DNA of 64,000 nucleotides, from positions 49,906 through 113,905 of the IMG/VR virus record IMGVR_UViG_3300013093_000001. One strand, 5' to 3'. A program made the position numbers and the translations under genes. Of the stretch, positions 46,339-57,048 are shown in pieces; the stretch's first letter is position 1, and every line of letters begins with the position of its first letter. Origin of the DNA: a virus. The notes under the pieces are model-generated. The model worked only from the letters and a program-made list of their open reading frames with translations. It did no database searches and had not been told where the DNA came from.

Positions 46339-47664
46339 ATGAGTATCCTCAACCGCCTGATTACTCGCGGTAGCGTCGGCCAGACGGAGCGGGAACAGCG
46401 CGACCTGTCGGGCAGCAGCTTCGTCCCACCACCGTCTATGGGTGTGATGGATGATTTCGTTGGGGTTCACCGCGCCATGTCCAACATGACCGTCTTCGCC
46501 TGCGTCAGACTGCTGGCCGACACCATTGCCAGTTTGCCGTGGAAGGCTTATAGGCGGGACAGCAAGGGTGTACCCAAGGAGGTTAAACCGCAACCCAAAA
46601 TCATCACGCAGCCGTACCCAGGTTTCGACCTGTGGCAGTGGAAGTGGATGTGTGTGGCGGCGATGGGTTTGCGTGGCAATAGCTACCACTATGTGACCAG
46701 CCGCGACCAGTTAGGGTATCCCGCCGCGCTGCTGCCACTGCACCCGGATATTGTTTTTTTGGAGCGCCGCCCCGACATTCTCATGTGGTTTGACCCCATC
46801 TACCGCATTATGGGTGAGCCGGTGAAGCGGGAAGACATGATCCACATGCGGCGCTTCACCTTGCCGGGAGAGCCGTGGGGTTTGTCGCCCATTAAGCAGG
46901 CCGCTGTCGCCATTGGCATGGGGCTGTCGGCAGAGGAATACGGGTACCGGTATTTCAAGGAGTCGGCTAACCCGTCCGGTGTGTTGTCCACCGACTTGGA
47001 TTTGGATGACGACGCCATCACCGCTGTCCAACAGAATTGGATTAAAAGCCACGGTGGACGCAGGCTCCCAGCTATTCTCACCAACGGGTTTTCGTGGAAG
47101 AATTTGACCATCTCACCCGAGGAATCTCAATTCTTGGAGACTCGCCAATTCCAGCGTTCCGAGATTTGCATGATGTTTGGTGTCCCACCAATCCTCATTG
47201 GTGACACTAAGGAGACAACGGCGTGGGGTACTGGTGTTGAGCAAATTACGTTAGGTGCTGTCACCTACACATTCCGCGCCTGGACTAGTTGCATGGAGTC
47301 GGTGATTAGCGCATGTCTGCCACGCGGCCAATTTGTGCGATTCGACTACAACGCTTTGCTGCGCGGCAACCGTGCTGAACGCTATAACGCACTTAAGTTG
47401 GGTATTCAGTCGCCGTTCCTCACCGTCAACGAAGCGAGAGCGGAGGAGGAGTTGGACCCCGTAGACGGCGGTGACCAGCTAATTATGCCCGCAAACTTTA
47501 TGCCCTACGATGCACTGGATGAAACTGAATCCGGTCCTAACCCGGCTCAAATGCCCGCCGCGCATCCGGGTACACTGCCCATGCCGCCTGTTGGCGGGGG
47601 AGAAAATAATGGTGCTTTAGGAAATCTTAACGGCACGCCTAACGAACATGCGCGTCCTATGTGA
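46339..47664 (+). CDS. HK97-family portal protein
   Basis: VFACVRLLADTIASLP, GLSPI, SQFLETR, FGVPP, TVNEARAEE. Confidence 0.95.
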   Translation: MSILNRLITRGSVGQTEREQRDLSGSSFVPPPSMGVMDDFVGVHRAMSNMTVFACVRLLADTIASLPWKAYRRDSKGVPKEVKPQPKIITQPYPGFDLWQWKWMCVAAMGLRGNSYHYVTSRDQLGYPAALLPLHPDIVFLERRPDILMWFDPIYRIMGEPVKREDMIHMRRFTLPGEPWGLSPIKQAAVAIGMGLSAEEYGYRYFKESANPSGVLSTDLDLDDDAITAVQQNWIKSHGGRRLPAILTNGFSWKNLTISPEESQFLETRQFQRSEICMMFGVPPILIGDTKETTAWGTGVEQITLGAVTYTFRAWTSCMESVISACLPRGQFVRFDYNALLRGNRAERYNALKLGIQSPFLTVNEARAEEELDPVDGGDQLIMPANFMPYDALDETESGPNPAQMPAAHPGTLPMPPVGGGENNGALGNLNGTPNEHARPM

Positions 47665-47687
47665 CATTCTAACTCTACAGGAGGACA

Positions 47688-50036
47688 ATGACGGGTATGC
47701 CTGACTATCGGAGCAGAGCTAAGCTGCTTGATGTCCGCGAGGAACGGCGGGGTCGCCGTTTTGAGTTTCGTGAAGACAAAGACAGCAACCAAGTAATCCT
47801 TGAGGGATATGCGGCGACGTTTGAGCCGTATGACGTACATGGCGGTCCAGACGCGGGTGGCTGGGTTGAGAAGCTGGACTTGCGGTGTTTCGACAACACC
47901 CTGGCTGAGCAGCCGGACCTGCAACTCCTCATCAATCATGAGGGTACGCCGCTGGCGCGTACTAAGAGTGGAACGTTGCAGTTGTCGCGGGACCGCCACG
48001 GGCTCCGCGTTCGCGCATCCCTGGACCCCAGCGACCCTGACGTACAGCGACTGATCCCGAAGATGCGGCGCGGCGACATGGATGAAATGTCCTTCGCGTT
48101 CCGTGTTACTGATCAAACATGGGACACCTCCTACACCAACCGGACCATCAACCACCTGAGCCTCGAAAAAGGTGATGTCAGTGTCGTCAATTACGGCATG
48201 AACCCCGGTACCAGGGCTATTTTGTCGGCTGATGCTGTGGGTACGTTGGCGCAACTGTCGGACAAGGAACTGGTGGAGTTGCGGAAGGTGGACCGCAACA
48301 AACTAGCCAGGGCTCAGGCAATCCTGTCGGCGGCTGTTGAGCAGCGCGACACCAAACCGCAGTCCTACAAGCCCCCAGCCGGGGTTAAAGCTGAGGGTAA
48401 ACGCGCTTTGGAGTGGATTAAGGCAGGTCACGCTGGCGCTAACTTCACCGACGTTGGCCGTAAACGCGCTGAGGACTTAGCGCGGGGCGCATCGTTGAGT
48501 TTGGACACAATTAAGCGCATGTCCAGCTATTTGGCGCGTCACGCTGTTGATAAAAAGGGTAAGGGGTGGAGTCCTGGCGAGGACGGCTACCCCTCCCCCG
48601 GTCGTGTCGCGTGGGCCGCGTGGGGTGGTGATCCGGCTGTCTCATGGACACACAGCATCCTCAACGCCAAGGACGATGAGCGTGGCGACAGCAAACCCGC
48701 AAGCGGAGATGTTGCTTACGCCGACCCCGGCTACAAACCGGACGGAAAGAAACGCTACCCCATCGACACTGTAGAGCATTGCCGCGCAGCATGGTCGTAC
48801 ATCAACATGCCGAAAAATCAGGTCGGCTACACGTCGTCCCAGGTCAACTCCATTAAAACCCGCATCAAGGCGGCACTCAAAAAGTTTGGTGTAGATGTGA
48901 GTGAAGCAAAAACTGATGGCAGGGCAATGGACTCTGCAATCACGTCGACCACAAAGTCGCCGCTGCAGCCCGTCCAGTGGGCACCGGACACGACACAAGA
49001 CCCGCACACCATGAATTTCGACATGAAGGACGGCGACTACACCATGATGCCGGACCAGCTTGGCGAAATCCCAGGCAACATTGCCGGTGGCGCGTTAGCA
49101 ACACAACCAGACTTCACGCCGGGACCATTCGGCGACCCCCATGACATTGCGAAGGAGATGCTGGCGATGGACAGCGAAATGGCTCAGTGTACTGACGACC
49201 CGCATGAAACTCCTTACGATGTCGCAGAGGTCAAACGGGACGAGGAAGAAATGGGCATGGACATGGCCGAACGCGCCTACACCGAAGCCGACGTGATGAA
49301 ACTGCTTGCCGGTTTGGACGCGGTCATTGATGAGGCGGGTTGCCTGACTGGTGACATGGACCGCAAAGATTTGCCGGAAGACCTGGGTCAAGCCCTCGAC
49401 CTGTTGGCGGCGGCGCAGGGGTTGATCGACAAAATGATGTGGATGACCGGTACATACGACCCCGACGACCCCAGCAGATCATTGCGTGACGCTAAGGCCG
49501 ACCCTGACGGCGACGGCGACAACGAAGAAGAAGAAACGAAAGACATGGAAGAGGACGACTGCGAGGAAAAGGGCTTCGACTGGTCACTTGCTGAGGCTTT
49601 GGACCGGACCATCGTTCATGCCTACAAACTGGCTGGCGACAACATGGACGTGCGAAAAGCACTAGCTTTTGCGCGGTCACAACTGAAGCAGATGCGTGGC
49701 ATTGACGCGGCAGGTACCAGCGAAATCAGCAAAAAGCTGACGGAGCTGCGTAAAGAGGTCGGGATGCCCGACACTGGTTCTGTCAGCGACGGCCTCAAGT
49801 ACCTGCGTAGCATGGGTGCCGCGCCTGTCGGCTACCGTGGCCTGCTCAACGACCCGACTGCTAAGCAGGACGACCAGATGTGGCCCGGTAAGGCCGGTAT
49901 GTCGCCTGCGGAGTTGTTGGAGAAGGAGCGCCGCGCAAGGGTCGCGCAGAAAGAACTTGAGGAAGCGCAGGAGCGTAACCGTCAAGCGCTCCGCGAGGCT
50001 GAATTGCAGGACGCGATCAGTAGGATGCGGGGGTAG
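47688..50036 (+). CDS. HK97 prohead protease with long C-terminal extension (scaffold-like)
   Basis: LEGYAATF, LINH, LART, MSFAF, DVSVV; internal YADPG..RYPIDT..AAWSYI module. Confidence 0.9.
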   Translation: MTGMPDYRSRAKLLDVREERRGRRFEFREDKDSNQVILEGYAATFEPYDVHGGPDAGGWVEKLDLRCFDNTLAEQPDLQLLINHEGTPLARTKSGTLQLSRDRHGLRVRASLDPSDPDVQRLIPKMRRGDMDEMSFAFRVTDQTWDTSYTNRTINHLSLEKGDVSVVNYGMNPGTRAILSADAVGTLAQLSDKELVELRKVDRNKLARAQAILSAAVEQRDTKPQSYKPPAGVKAEGKRALEWIKAGHAGANFTDVGRKRAEDLARGASLSLDTIKRMSSYLARHAVDKKGKGWSPGEDGYPSPGRVAWAAWGGDPAVSWTHSILNAKDDERGDSKPASGDVAYADPGYKPDGKKRYPIDTVEHCRAAWSYINMPKNQVGYTSSQVNSIKTRIKAALKKFGVDVSEAKTDGRAMDSAITSTTKSPLQPVQWAPDTTQDPHTMNFDMKDGDYTMMPDQLGEIPGNIAGGALATQPDFTPGPFGDPHDIAKEMLAMDSEMAQCTDDPHETPYDVAEVKRDEEEMGMDMAERAYTEADVMKLLAGLDAVIDEAGCLTGDMDRKDLPEDLGQALDLLAAAQGLIDKMMWMTGTYDPDDPSRSLRDAKADPDGDGDNEEEETKDMEEDDCEEKGFDWSLAEALDRTIVHAYKLAGDNMDVRKALAFARSQLKQMRGIDAAGTSEISKKLTELRKEVGMPDTGSVSDGLKYLRSMGAAPVGYRGLLNDPTAKQDDQMWPGKAGMSPAELLEKERRARVAQKELEEAQERNRQALREAELQDAISRMRG

Positions 50037-50200
50037 TTTCCGGTGTGTCCCTGCTCAGGTGGCGACTGCTGTTGCGAGAATGACTGTACGGACTGTGACT
50101 GCCACGACGCGCAGTCACCCATCGCAACACAGGTGCCCTGGCAGGCACCACCGGTAATGTATACGACCCCGACAACTCAAGTCTGGTAACGGAGAACTAA

Positions 50201-50509
50201 ATGGCTACTGCGGTAACCCGCACCAACCCGCCGTCGTACACCGCTACCCAGGTGACGATGGCAAACGCCGCTGGGGTTGTCGAGCTGCTGGCCTCCCTGT
50301 ATCCCACTGTTCGCTCAACTGCGGAGCCGGTGGTCAACAACAACGAGGCCGACTGGCAAATCTCGATCCACCAGCCGGGTTTCGTGGATCAGATCGCCAA
50401 CCTGACGGACTGGATCCTGACTGGAGAGGTTCTGCCCAGCGGCCCAGTTGTTCTGGTCTACACTAACGAGGAATTCACGGCCACCTTCACCGTCCCGGCC
50501 GGAAACTAA
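50201..50509 (+). CDS. hypothetical virion protein
   Basis: GGAG SD; late-gene codon bias. Confidence 0.7.
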   Translation: MATAVTRTNPPSYTATQVTMANAAGVVELLASLYPTVRSTAEPVVNNNEADWQISIHQPGFVDQIANLTDWILTGEVLPSGPVVLVYTNEEFTATFTVPAGN

Positions 50510-50518
50510 GGAGACAAT

Positions 50519-51022
50519 ATGGCCGCGCCCTGCTTCATTACCCACAATGCCGTCACGTCGGCGCTGACTGCCCCAATGGCGGGTACCGCCACCTCTGCTA
50601 CCTCGGGTACGGTGAAGACCATTCTTCAGCTGAAGCCCGGCAGCAACAAGTGTCGCATCATTGAGTGGGGCTATATCTTTACCGCCACCCCGACCTCACC
50701 GGTCCAGATGGAGCTGATTGAGACCGGTACGGTGTTCGCCACTGTGACGGCGGGAAGCATTTCGAACTACAACGACACCACCGGTCCTGCTTCTCTTGCC
50801 ACTACGGGTACGGCTGCCACAGGATTCAACGGTTCAGCTGAAGGAACTATCACTGCGACTAGGCTGTTGGCGCAAACCCTGGACTCTTCTGGTTACTTCA
50901 AACAGCAATTCCCTCTGGGCAGAGAACCTGAGGTAAACGCTGGATATTCGCTTCGGGTGAGGGCTACTCCGACCACTGCCGCTGCGACTACGGTCCTCTG
51001 CTACATCATCTGGGAGGAGTGA
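50519..51022 (+). CDS. putative virion structural protein
   Basis: T/A/G-rich beta protein ending WEE. Confidence 0.7.
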   Translation: MAAPCFITHNAVTSALTAPMAGTATSATSGTVKTILQLKPGSNKCRIIEWGYIFTATPTSPVQMELIETGTVFATVTAGSISNYNDTTGPASLATTGTAATGFNGSAEGTITATRLLAQTLDSSGYFKQQFPLGREPEVNAGYSLRVRATPTTAAATTVLCYIIWEE

Positions 51023-51025
51023 GGA

Positions 51026-51739
51026 GTGGCCCGATTGGGACGGGCCTACCCTGGACCGCAGCTCAAGCCATTTCGCGAGGTAAATCTAGCTCCGTACTCT
51101 GCGACATTCGACAGCGCTTCATTTGGGGGATCACCCGCTGGCAACCAGAACTACATTAACTGGACGCACAACGTCCAGGGCAACTTTTTAGTGGTGACCA
51201 TTTTGGCCTCTTCGATTTTCGGAACCAATATCCCGACGGTTGGCGGCCAGCAGATGACAGCGATTTACAACAATAATGGCGGGGCCTTCGCGGTAATGAT
51301 GAATCCCCCCAAGGGACCGCAGCCGATAGTCAGCGGCCAGTATGGAAGCTACCCAATGTTCGGTTTCGCTGCGTCATATTTTAATGTTTATAATTGGAGT
51401 AACCCAACGACCGCAGGAAACTCGTTTGGTGGATATCCATTCTCGGTAACATTTCCGACGCAACCGAACGACACCATTGTGTCAATGTGGTGGACTTCGC
51501 TCGACCCGTCAAATATCTATAACTCAAACGGTATTCTGCGGGGTACTCTACCCGGTAGTAATGGCATCGGCAAACAGATCATGGAAAACCGGGCAACATC
51601 AAACGAAACCGTAATATCGGCCTCCACTTACGGGATTACAGTCAATGGCTTAGTCATTCGCTCGTACCCGTTCCGGTATTCTCAGCCGCCGCAACCGCAG
51701 TCGATGTCGCAGTCGGTGGTCAACCTAGGGGTGCTTTGA
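51026..51739 (+). CDS. MARL-family putative virion decoration protein 1
   Basis: MARLGRAYP N-terminus, WTHNVQGN.. Confidence 0.75.
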   Translation: MARLGRAYPGPQLKPFREVNLAPYSATFDSASFGGSPAGNQNYINWTHNVQGNFLVVTILASSIFGTNIPTVGGQQMTAIYNNNGGAFAVMMNPPKGPQPIVSGQYGSYPMFGFAASYFNVYNWSNPTTAGNSFGGYPFSVTFPTQPNDTIVSMWWTSLDPSNIYNSNGILRGTLPGSNGIGKQIMENRATSNETVISASTYGITVNGLVIRSYPFRYSQPPQPQSMSQSVVNLGVL

Positions 51740-51740
51740 A

Positions 51741-52472
51741 ATGGCGCGGCTGGGCCGTAGGTATCCGATAGCGCGAGTAGATGCACAACAGCCAATTCAG
51801 TTTTTCCTCGCGGCGGGTAACGGCGGATCTGCAACTACCTCCTGGACTGATACTATTCCCGCCAACGCCACCGCCGCCGTATTGGTTTCTACCGGCGGTG
51901 GAACGGTTTCGTCCCCATCAGTCACTATTGGCGGGGTTGCGATGAATCTGACCTCTGTGTCTGGCGGTTATGTCGGTACTCTGCTGCTATCCGGTACTGG
52001 TCTGCCTGGAACAAGCCAATCCGTAGTGCTGACTGGGATGCCGACCACTGGATCGAGCGGCGTAGCAGGTATTGTTTACTATCAAAACATCAGCGGTGTC
52101 GGAACCATCTCTTCTGGTACCGGAACCACCGGTAGCGGATTCGTCGTTAACGCGGGATCGGCAGCGCAAACCTTGTTTGTTAATGCTGTTCAAGGGCCAG
52201 GGTTTGGCGGCTTCACCGTGTTCGGTCAAAGGCTGCGGTTTACTGTTGGACAGATTTATCCAGTAAGCGCGGCCTTTGCTATTTGCGACGCCTTCGGCTA
52301 CTCGCCGGTCAATTTTTACTACGGGTGGACCGGGGTAAGCTACACATATTATTCGGTAATCATTCCACTAACCACGCTGTATGCACCGCCTGGCTTCCTG
52401 CGCGCCTCCAACAGCTACTACTTCCAGCAGCCGCCTACCCTGCCGCAGTCGGTGCAGAATGTGAACATGTGA
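51741..52472 (+). CDS. MARL-family putative virion decoration protein 2
   Basis: MARLGRRYP N-terminus, YAPPGFL. Confidence 0.75.
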   Translation: MARLGRRYPIARVDAQQPIQFFLAAGNGGSATTSWTDTIPANATAAVLVSTGGGTVSSPSVTIGGVAMNLTSVSGGYVGTLLLSGTGLPGTSQSVVLTGMPTTGSSGVAGIVYYQNISGVGTISSGTGTTGSGFVVNAGSAAQTLFVNAVQGPGFGGFTVFGQRLRFTVGQIYPVSAAFAICDAFGYSPVNFYYGWTGVSYTYYSVIIPLTTLYAPPGFLRASNSYYFQQPPTLPQSVQNVNM

Positions 52473-53146
52473 TGGCGCGACTCGTTCGGCGCTTCCCCGC
52501 AATGCTTCGCACTGTGCCATTCTCGCCGGTACTTACCTCATTCACTACGGCGGGATCGTTTTCCTACAAAGTGCCCGTTGGGGCAGCGTATGTCGATGTG
52601 ATTCTTATCGGCGCTGGCGGCGGTGGTGGCGGCGGCGGCTGGTCTGGGAACACCTATGGTGGCGGCGGCGGCGCTGGGCAATGGCAGGCAGTCACATTGA
52701 CCGTTGGAAACCAAATCTCAGCGGGTGGGGTTATCAATGGAACAGTTGGAGCTGGCGGCGGCGGCGCAGGTTTGTTTAGCGGACCCGGATCTCCTGGCGG
52801 TTCGACAACTGCAACGGCATCGGGTTGGGCAGGTTTGACCGCCTTGGGGGGATCTGGACAATCCGGTTCGGGCAATGGCGCATCACCTGGAAACTTCGTG
52901 TTCGATAATGTTACTTATATTGGAGGTACTGGCGGTCCTCGTGTCGCTGGTAATGGAACTGCGCCGGGGGCAGGCGGCGGTGACGGTCTTTCTTCCTACA
53001 CCAATGGCGGGAGTGGTGCTCAAGGAGGGGCATTCTTTTACGCGCATCCACCGTACGCGCCACCAGGTTTTCTGGCCGCTTACGCTCCGGTGAAACCCAC
53101 GTCGCAGCCCGGAACTTCTCAGTCTGTCACGAATTCAAGGCTCTGA
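52472..53146 (+). CDS. MARL-family glycine-rich domain protein 3
   Basis: MARLVRRFP; VILIGAGGGGG glycine-rich domain; YAPPGFL. Confidence 0.75.
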   Translation: MARLVRRFPAMLRTVPFSPVLTSFTTAGSFSYKVPVGAAYVDVILIGAGGGGGGGGWSGNTYGGGGGAGQWQAVTLTVGNQISAGGVINGTVGAGGGGAGLFSGPGSPGGSTTATASGWAGLTALGGSGQSGSGNGASPGNFVFDNVTYIGGTGGPRVAGNGTAPGAGGGDGLSSYTNGGSGAQGGAFFYAHPPYAPPGFLAAYAPVKPTSQPGTSQSVTNSRL

Positions 53147-53183
53147 TATGGTCGGGGAGTATACTCATTGAGGCGAGGCTCTG

Positions 53184-53855
53184 ATGGCGCACCTGTTACG
53201 GCGGTTCCCGATGGCGGCGTTTTCGCCTACGCCATCTCCAGTGAGTTTTGACGCGGTGAGCGCGTTGCAGTATTCGACATCGTCACCAGTGACTTGGTCG
53301 CACACGATCAATGGAAACTGTCTGGTCATCCCGTTTATTCAGGAAACAAATGGGACTTCAACGGGAACCATGTCAGCGACAGTGGGCGGTCAGGCAATGA
53401 GTAGCCTTTACTACGCATTATATTTTAATGCTGTTGGCTACTACGCATACGTTGGAATGTTTGGGTTAATCAATCCACCAACGGGCGCACAAACCATCTC
53501 AATATCGCAGCCGACAAACTCAAATCACTGGTTTCAGGGTGGATCGCTGTCATATCGCAACGTATCGTCGTTCGGTTCCGTAGTTGCAAACATCACGGCA
53601 GCCAACGGTCCAGCGACCGTGACGGCCACGTCTTCACCGCTTCAGCGAGTGGTCAACATTCTGGCAATGTGGGCCTCGACTCCAACAAGTTATAGCCAAA
53701 CCGCACGCATTGGACCGTGGAACACATCAAGCGCCATTCGCCCTGGAGTCATTGGTGACGCACCGGGTGCCGCGAGCGTGACGTTTTCGGAAACAGCTAC
53801 GGACTACGGCGCGAACCTCGGATGCCTCGCACTTCCGCTGATTCCACTCCCGTGA
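53184..53855 (+). CDS. MARL-family putative virion decoration protein 4
   Basis: MAHLLRRFP; WSHTINGN..NPPTGAQTI, paralogous to protein 1. Confidence 0.75.
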   Translation: MAHLLRRFPMAAFSPTPSPVSFDAVSALQYSTSSPVTWSHTINGNCLVIPFIQETNGTSTGTMSATVGGQAMSSLYYALYFNAVGYYAYVGMFGLINPPTGAQTISISQPTNSNHWFQGGSLSYRNVSSFGSVVANITAANGPATVTATSSPLQRVVNILAMWASTPTSYSQTARIGPWNTSSAIRPGVIGDAPGAASVTFSETATDYGANLGCLALPLIPLP

Positions 53856-54061
53856 ATGACCACGCCCGAGACCATCTCCACCCCAGTTGTTCTGATCCAA
53901 ATAACCCCACCGCAGAGGAAAGAATATGACCATCACCCCCGCAACGGGCAAACTCTAACCTTTGCCGCCATTGTCGGCCGGGTACGCTTAATCCAGGGAG
54001 CGTTGTACTGCCGATCACCACGACCTAAGTAACACTCATTCTAGAAAAGCGGATTGACGCA

Positions 54062-56503
54062 TTAGATCACGCTCGACCGAATGATAGACGCGTTAGAGTT
54101 ACCCGAGGGCAGAATGACAATGTTCTTCTGGCCGTGCTGTAGGTAGACGGTGTTGTTGATTGTCGGAGCGATGGAGAGGTTGGCGTTGGCGGCCCAAGCG
54201 TATCTGGCGCTGTTTGTGCGTATCGGGGTGACAGACAGCGATGCAGTCGCGTAGATGGTTTTGGCTGCTGCCGTGGTGCGTGTCGGCGTGACGGACAGCG
54301 ACGTGTTGGCGTTGGCGGTGTGCTGTATCGCCGTCGTGATAGTCGGGGTGACGGTGAGGAGCGCGCCCTTGGAGGTCTGTTCGACTTCATTTGCGGTGCG
54401 TATCGGGGTGACAGACAGCGATGCAGTCGCGTAGATGGTTTTGGCTGCTGTCGTGGTGCGTGTCGGCGTGACGGACAGAGATGCAGTTGCTCTGTGTGTG
54501 ACCGACACCGCAGTGGTGTACGTCGGGGTGACCGTCAGCGCGGCGGTTCCGTATCGGGTCTTGGACTGTGCTGCCGCCAACGTCGGTGTCACCGTGAGCA
54601 GAGCAGCAGATTTGATGGTCGCCTTCGCGGTAATCGAGACCGTTGGCGTGACCGTGAGGATTGTTGTCGCCGCGTACTCTGTTTTGGATCCACTGACCGA
54701 GGGAGTGGGGGTGACCGACAGTGACGAGGTGGCGTGAACCGTTTTGGCTGTCGCCGTGGACGCGGTGGGAGTAACGGACAGCGACGACGTGGCGTGGATG
54801 GTCTTTGCCGCCGTAACGGTGCGCGTCGGGCTGGCCGTCAGCGCGGCATTGCCCTTGGCTGTGTGCTGTACCGCCAGCGTGATGTTCGGCGTTACGGTAA
54901 CGCTGATGCCTGCTGATGTTGTTTCTACCTCAACTGCTGTGCGTATCGGTATCACGTTCAGGGCTGCGTTGGCCTTCGCTGTCCTAAACGGCGTTGTTTG
55001 CAGGTTCGGTGTGACGCTCAACGCTGCTTGCGGTCTTGTATTCCTGTGGCTGTCGGTTGTCGCTTGGGTAACGACAGCAAGAATTGCTGCCGCCTTCCTC
55101 GTCTTGGACAATGCCAGCGTTGCGGTGGGTGTTACGGCCAAGGCAGCGGTGACGTGAATTGTCTTGGCGATGGCAGCGGTTTCTACTGGGACAATCACTG
55201 CCGCGCTGCTCGCGGCGTGGTTGACCTTTGCGGCAGCGCCAATGTTGGGCCGAACTAGAAGGCTGACGCCATTGATGGGTATGGTCTTTAGTTCAACCGC
55301 CGTTTCTATCGGGGTGACCGCCAATGCGGCAGCCAGGGTTGCGGTGCGGTGTGTTGTAGTGGTGACAGTCGGTTGGTTTGTGATCGCTGCATTGACGTGA
55401 ATGGTCTTGGTAATAGTTGAAGTCGTTGCCGGTGCGACGGCTTTCGTTGCTGCAACTCTTGCCGGGTCTAGGTACTGTGCCGCGCTGAACGCAGGAGTTA
55501 CGGTTGTGGCGGCGCTGATGTGAATGGTTTTGGTGGTCGCAGCAGCGAGTGTTGGTGTCGCATTGAGGGTTGCGGCGGTAAAGCGGGTTCTGTGCGGCGT
55601 TACTAAAAAGTTTGGCGTGAAACTCAAGGTCACGGCGCTTATCGCAGTGCGGTGAGTCGTGGTAGTAATGCTCGGTGTGGCAGTAGCGGCAACGGAGAAT
55701 AAAGAGGCAACGTGAGCGTAAAAGGCCGGTGTCACGTTCTTTGTAGTGTTGGTGATTGCTGTTCTGTGGCTGCTGACTGCCGTCGTGGGTGTCACGGTCA
55801 GGGTCTTTTGTAGGAAGCCGGTCCTGTGCCCCGCCGCCGCCAGAATGGGCGTTGCGTAGAGCAGCGCAGGGTTGACACCCTCCAAGTTGTGGACGAATAT
55901 GCTGACGCTGGGTGTCACGGTCAGGCTGCTGTGAACCCTGGTTCGGTTAAAGGCAGTGGTGTTGACTGTTGGAGGTAGGGACAGTGTGGCCTGGTCGGTG
56001 GTTGACCTGTGCACCGTGAAGGACAGGTTTGGTGTGCATACCAGTGACGTTTGGCCGTAAGCGGTGCGGTGTCCTTGCGCGGTTTTACTCACTGCCAGTT
56101 GCAGGGAAGCCGCGGAGTAAACTGTTTTTGCTATCAGTAAGCTGATGCTGGGGTGAGCCAGGAATTGAGAGGTTGTTGCAGTCCGATTGGCCGCCGTGAC
56201 CTGCAATTGTGGTTCTAGGTTGAGCAGAAGATCACCATGCGTGATGCGGCCAATAACGCCAACAGAGGTTGGGATGACTTGCACAGAAGTCAACGCCAAC
56301 TCACTGTTGAATGTCAGCAGCGCATACAGTGTAGGTGTCGTGGCCTGGGACGACTGGATTCTGACCAGAATGCCAGCGGGGGTGACGTTCTCGGCCACAA
56401 CCAGCAGGTAGCGGTTCTCTTGCGGTATTAAGACATGCCGGTTTTCTGCGGGAACTGCTACGTCGCGGTTTTCCCCCTGGATGACGGCGACAGGGTACGT
56501 CAT
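54062..56503 (-). CDS. 813-aa Thr/Ala-rich protein with ~20-aa repeats (fibre-like)
   Basis: (A/S)xLxVTPxxT unit repeated more than 30 times. Confidence 0.85.
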   Translation of the reverse strand: MTYPVAVIQGENRDVAVPAENRHVLIPQENRYLLVVAENVTPAGILVRIQSSQATTPTLYALLTFNSELALTSVQVIPTSVGVIGRITHGDLLLNLEPQLQVTAANRTATTSQFLAHPSISLLIAKTVYSAASLQLAVSKTAQGHRTAYGQTSLVCTPNLSFTVHRSTTDQATLSLPPTVNTTAFNRTRVHSSLTVTPSVSIFVHNLEGVNPALLYATPILAAAGHRTGFLQKTLTVTPTTAVSSHRTAITNTTKNVTPAFYAHVASLFSVAATATPSITTTTHRTAISAVTLSFTPNFLVTPHRTRFTAATLNATPTLAAATTKTIHISAATTVTPAFSAAQYLDPARVAATKAVAPATTSTITKTIHVNAAITNQPTVTTTTHRTATLAAALAVTPIETAVELKTIPINGVSLLVRPNIGAAAKVNHAASSAAVIVPVETAAIAKTIHVTAALAVTPTATLALSKTRKAAAILAVVTQATTDSHRNTRPQAALSVTPNLQTTPFRTAKANAALNVIPIRTAVEVETTSAGISVTVTPNITLAVQHTAKGNAALTASPTRTVTAAKTIHATSSLSVTPTASTATAKTVHATSSLSVTPTPSVSGSKTEYAATTILTVTPTVSITAKATIKSAALLTVTPTLAAAQSKTRYGTAALTVTPTYTTAVSVTHRATASLSVTPTRTTTAAKTIYATASLSVTPIRTANEVEQTSKGALLTVTPTITTAIQHTANANTSLSVTPTRTTAAAKTIYATASLSVTPIRTNSARYAWAANANLSIAPTINNTVYLQHGQKNIVILPSGNSNASIIRSSVI

Positions 56504-56537
56504 CGCCGCTCCTCTACGAAATTACGTCATATTTCCG

Positions 56538-56921
56538 CTAGGACGCTGTGGGCAGCGACACGCTCAGGGACGACAGCTGCAAAGTGTCGCCGCTGCTCCA
56601 CGCCTTGCTGGTGGACAACGCAGCGGAAAACAGAAACGTCCCCGAACTCGCCGCGCTCCACACGGAGATGTCGGTGATTGTTTCAGTTGTCCCGCCGTTA
56701 GTCCACTGCGGCGTTGTCGATAATGAGATGCTGCCGCTGGCTGCCGTACCGAAGGTGGCCGATGCTCTAGTCGTACTTCCCACGCTGACAGAGGTCGTTC
56801 CAGCCGTACCCGGCGCGGCGGTGTGAATACCGATATACACCGTCGCGTAGCTTGTGGCGCTGGTGCCGTTAAGCAGATTCAGCAGCGCGTTGGTGAAGGT
56901 TGTTGAAAAGCCGTCGGCCAT
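56538..56921 (-). CDS. putative fibre/head structural protein
   Basis: NALLN..YIGIHTAAPG..ISVWSAASSGTFL..SGDT. Confidence 0.75.
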   Translation of the reverse strand: MADGFSTTFTNALLNLLNGTSATSYATVYIGIHTAAPGTAGTTSVSVGSTTRASATFGTAASGSISLSTTPQWTNGGTTETITDISVWSAASSGTFLFSAALSTSKAWSSGDTLQLSSLSVSLPTAS

Positions 56922-57048
56922 GTTATTCCTTGTCCTCAGATTGTGTTGCTTTGATGACGTTGATCTCTGCTTCTACATTGACGGGGATGCTTAGCGTCCA
57001 GCCCTGTTGGGGTTCCCAGTCGCAGTCTTGGCGCTCCATCTTTACTCC

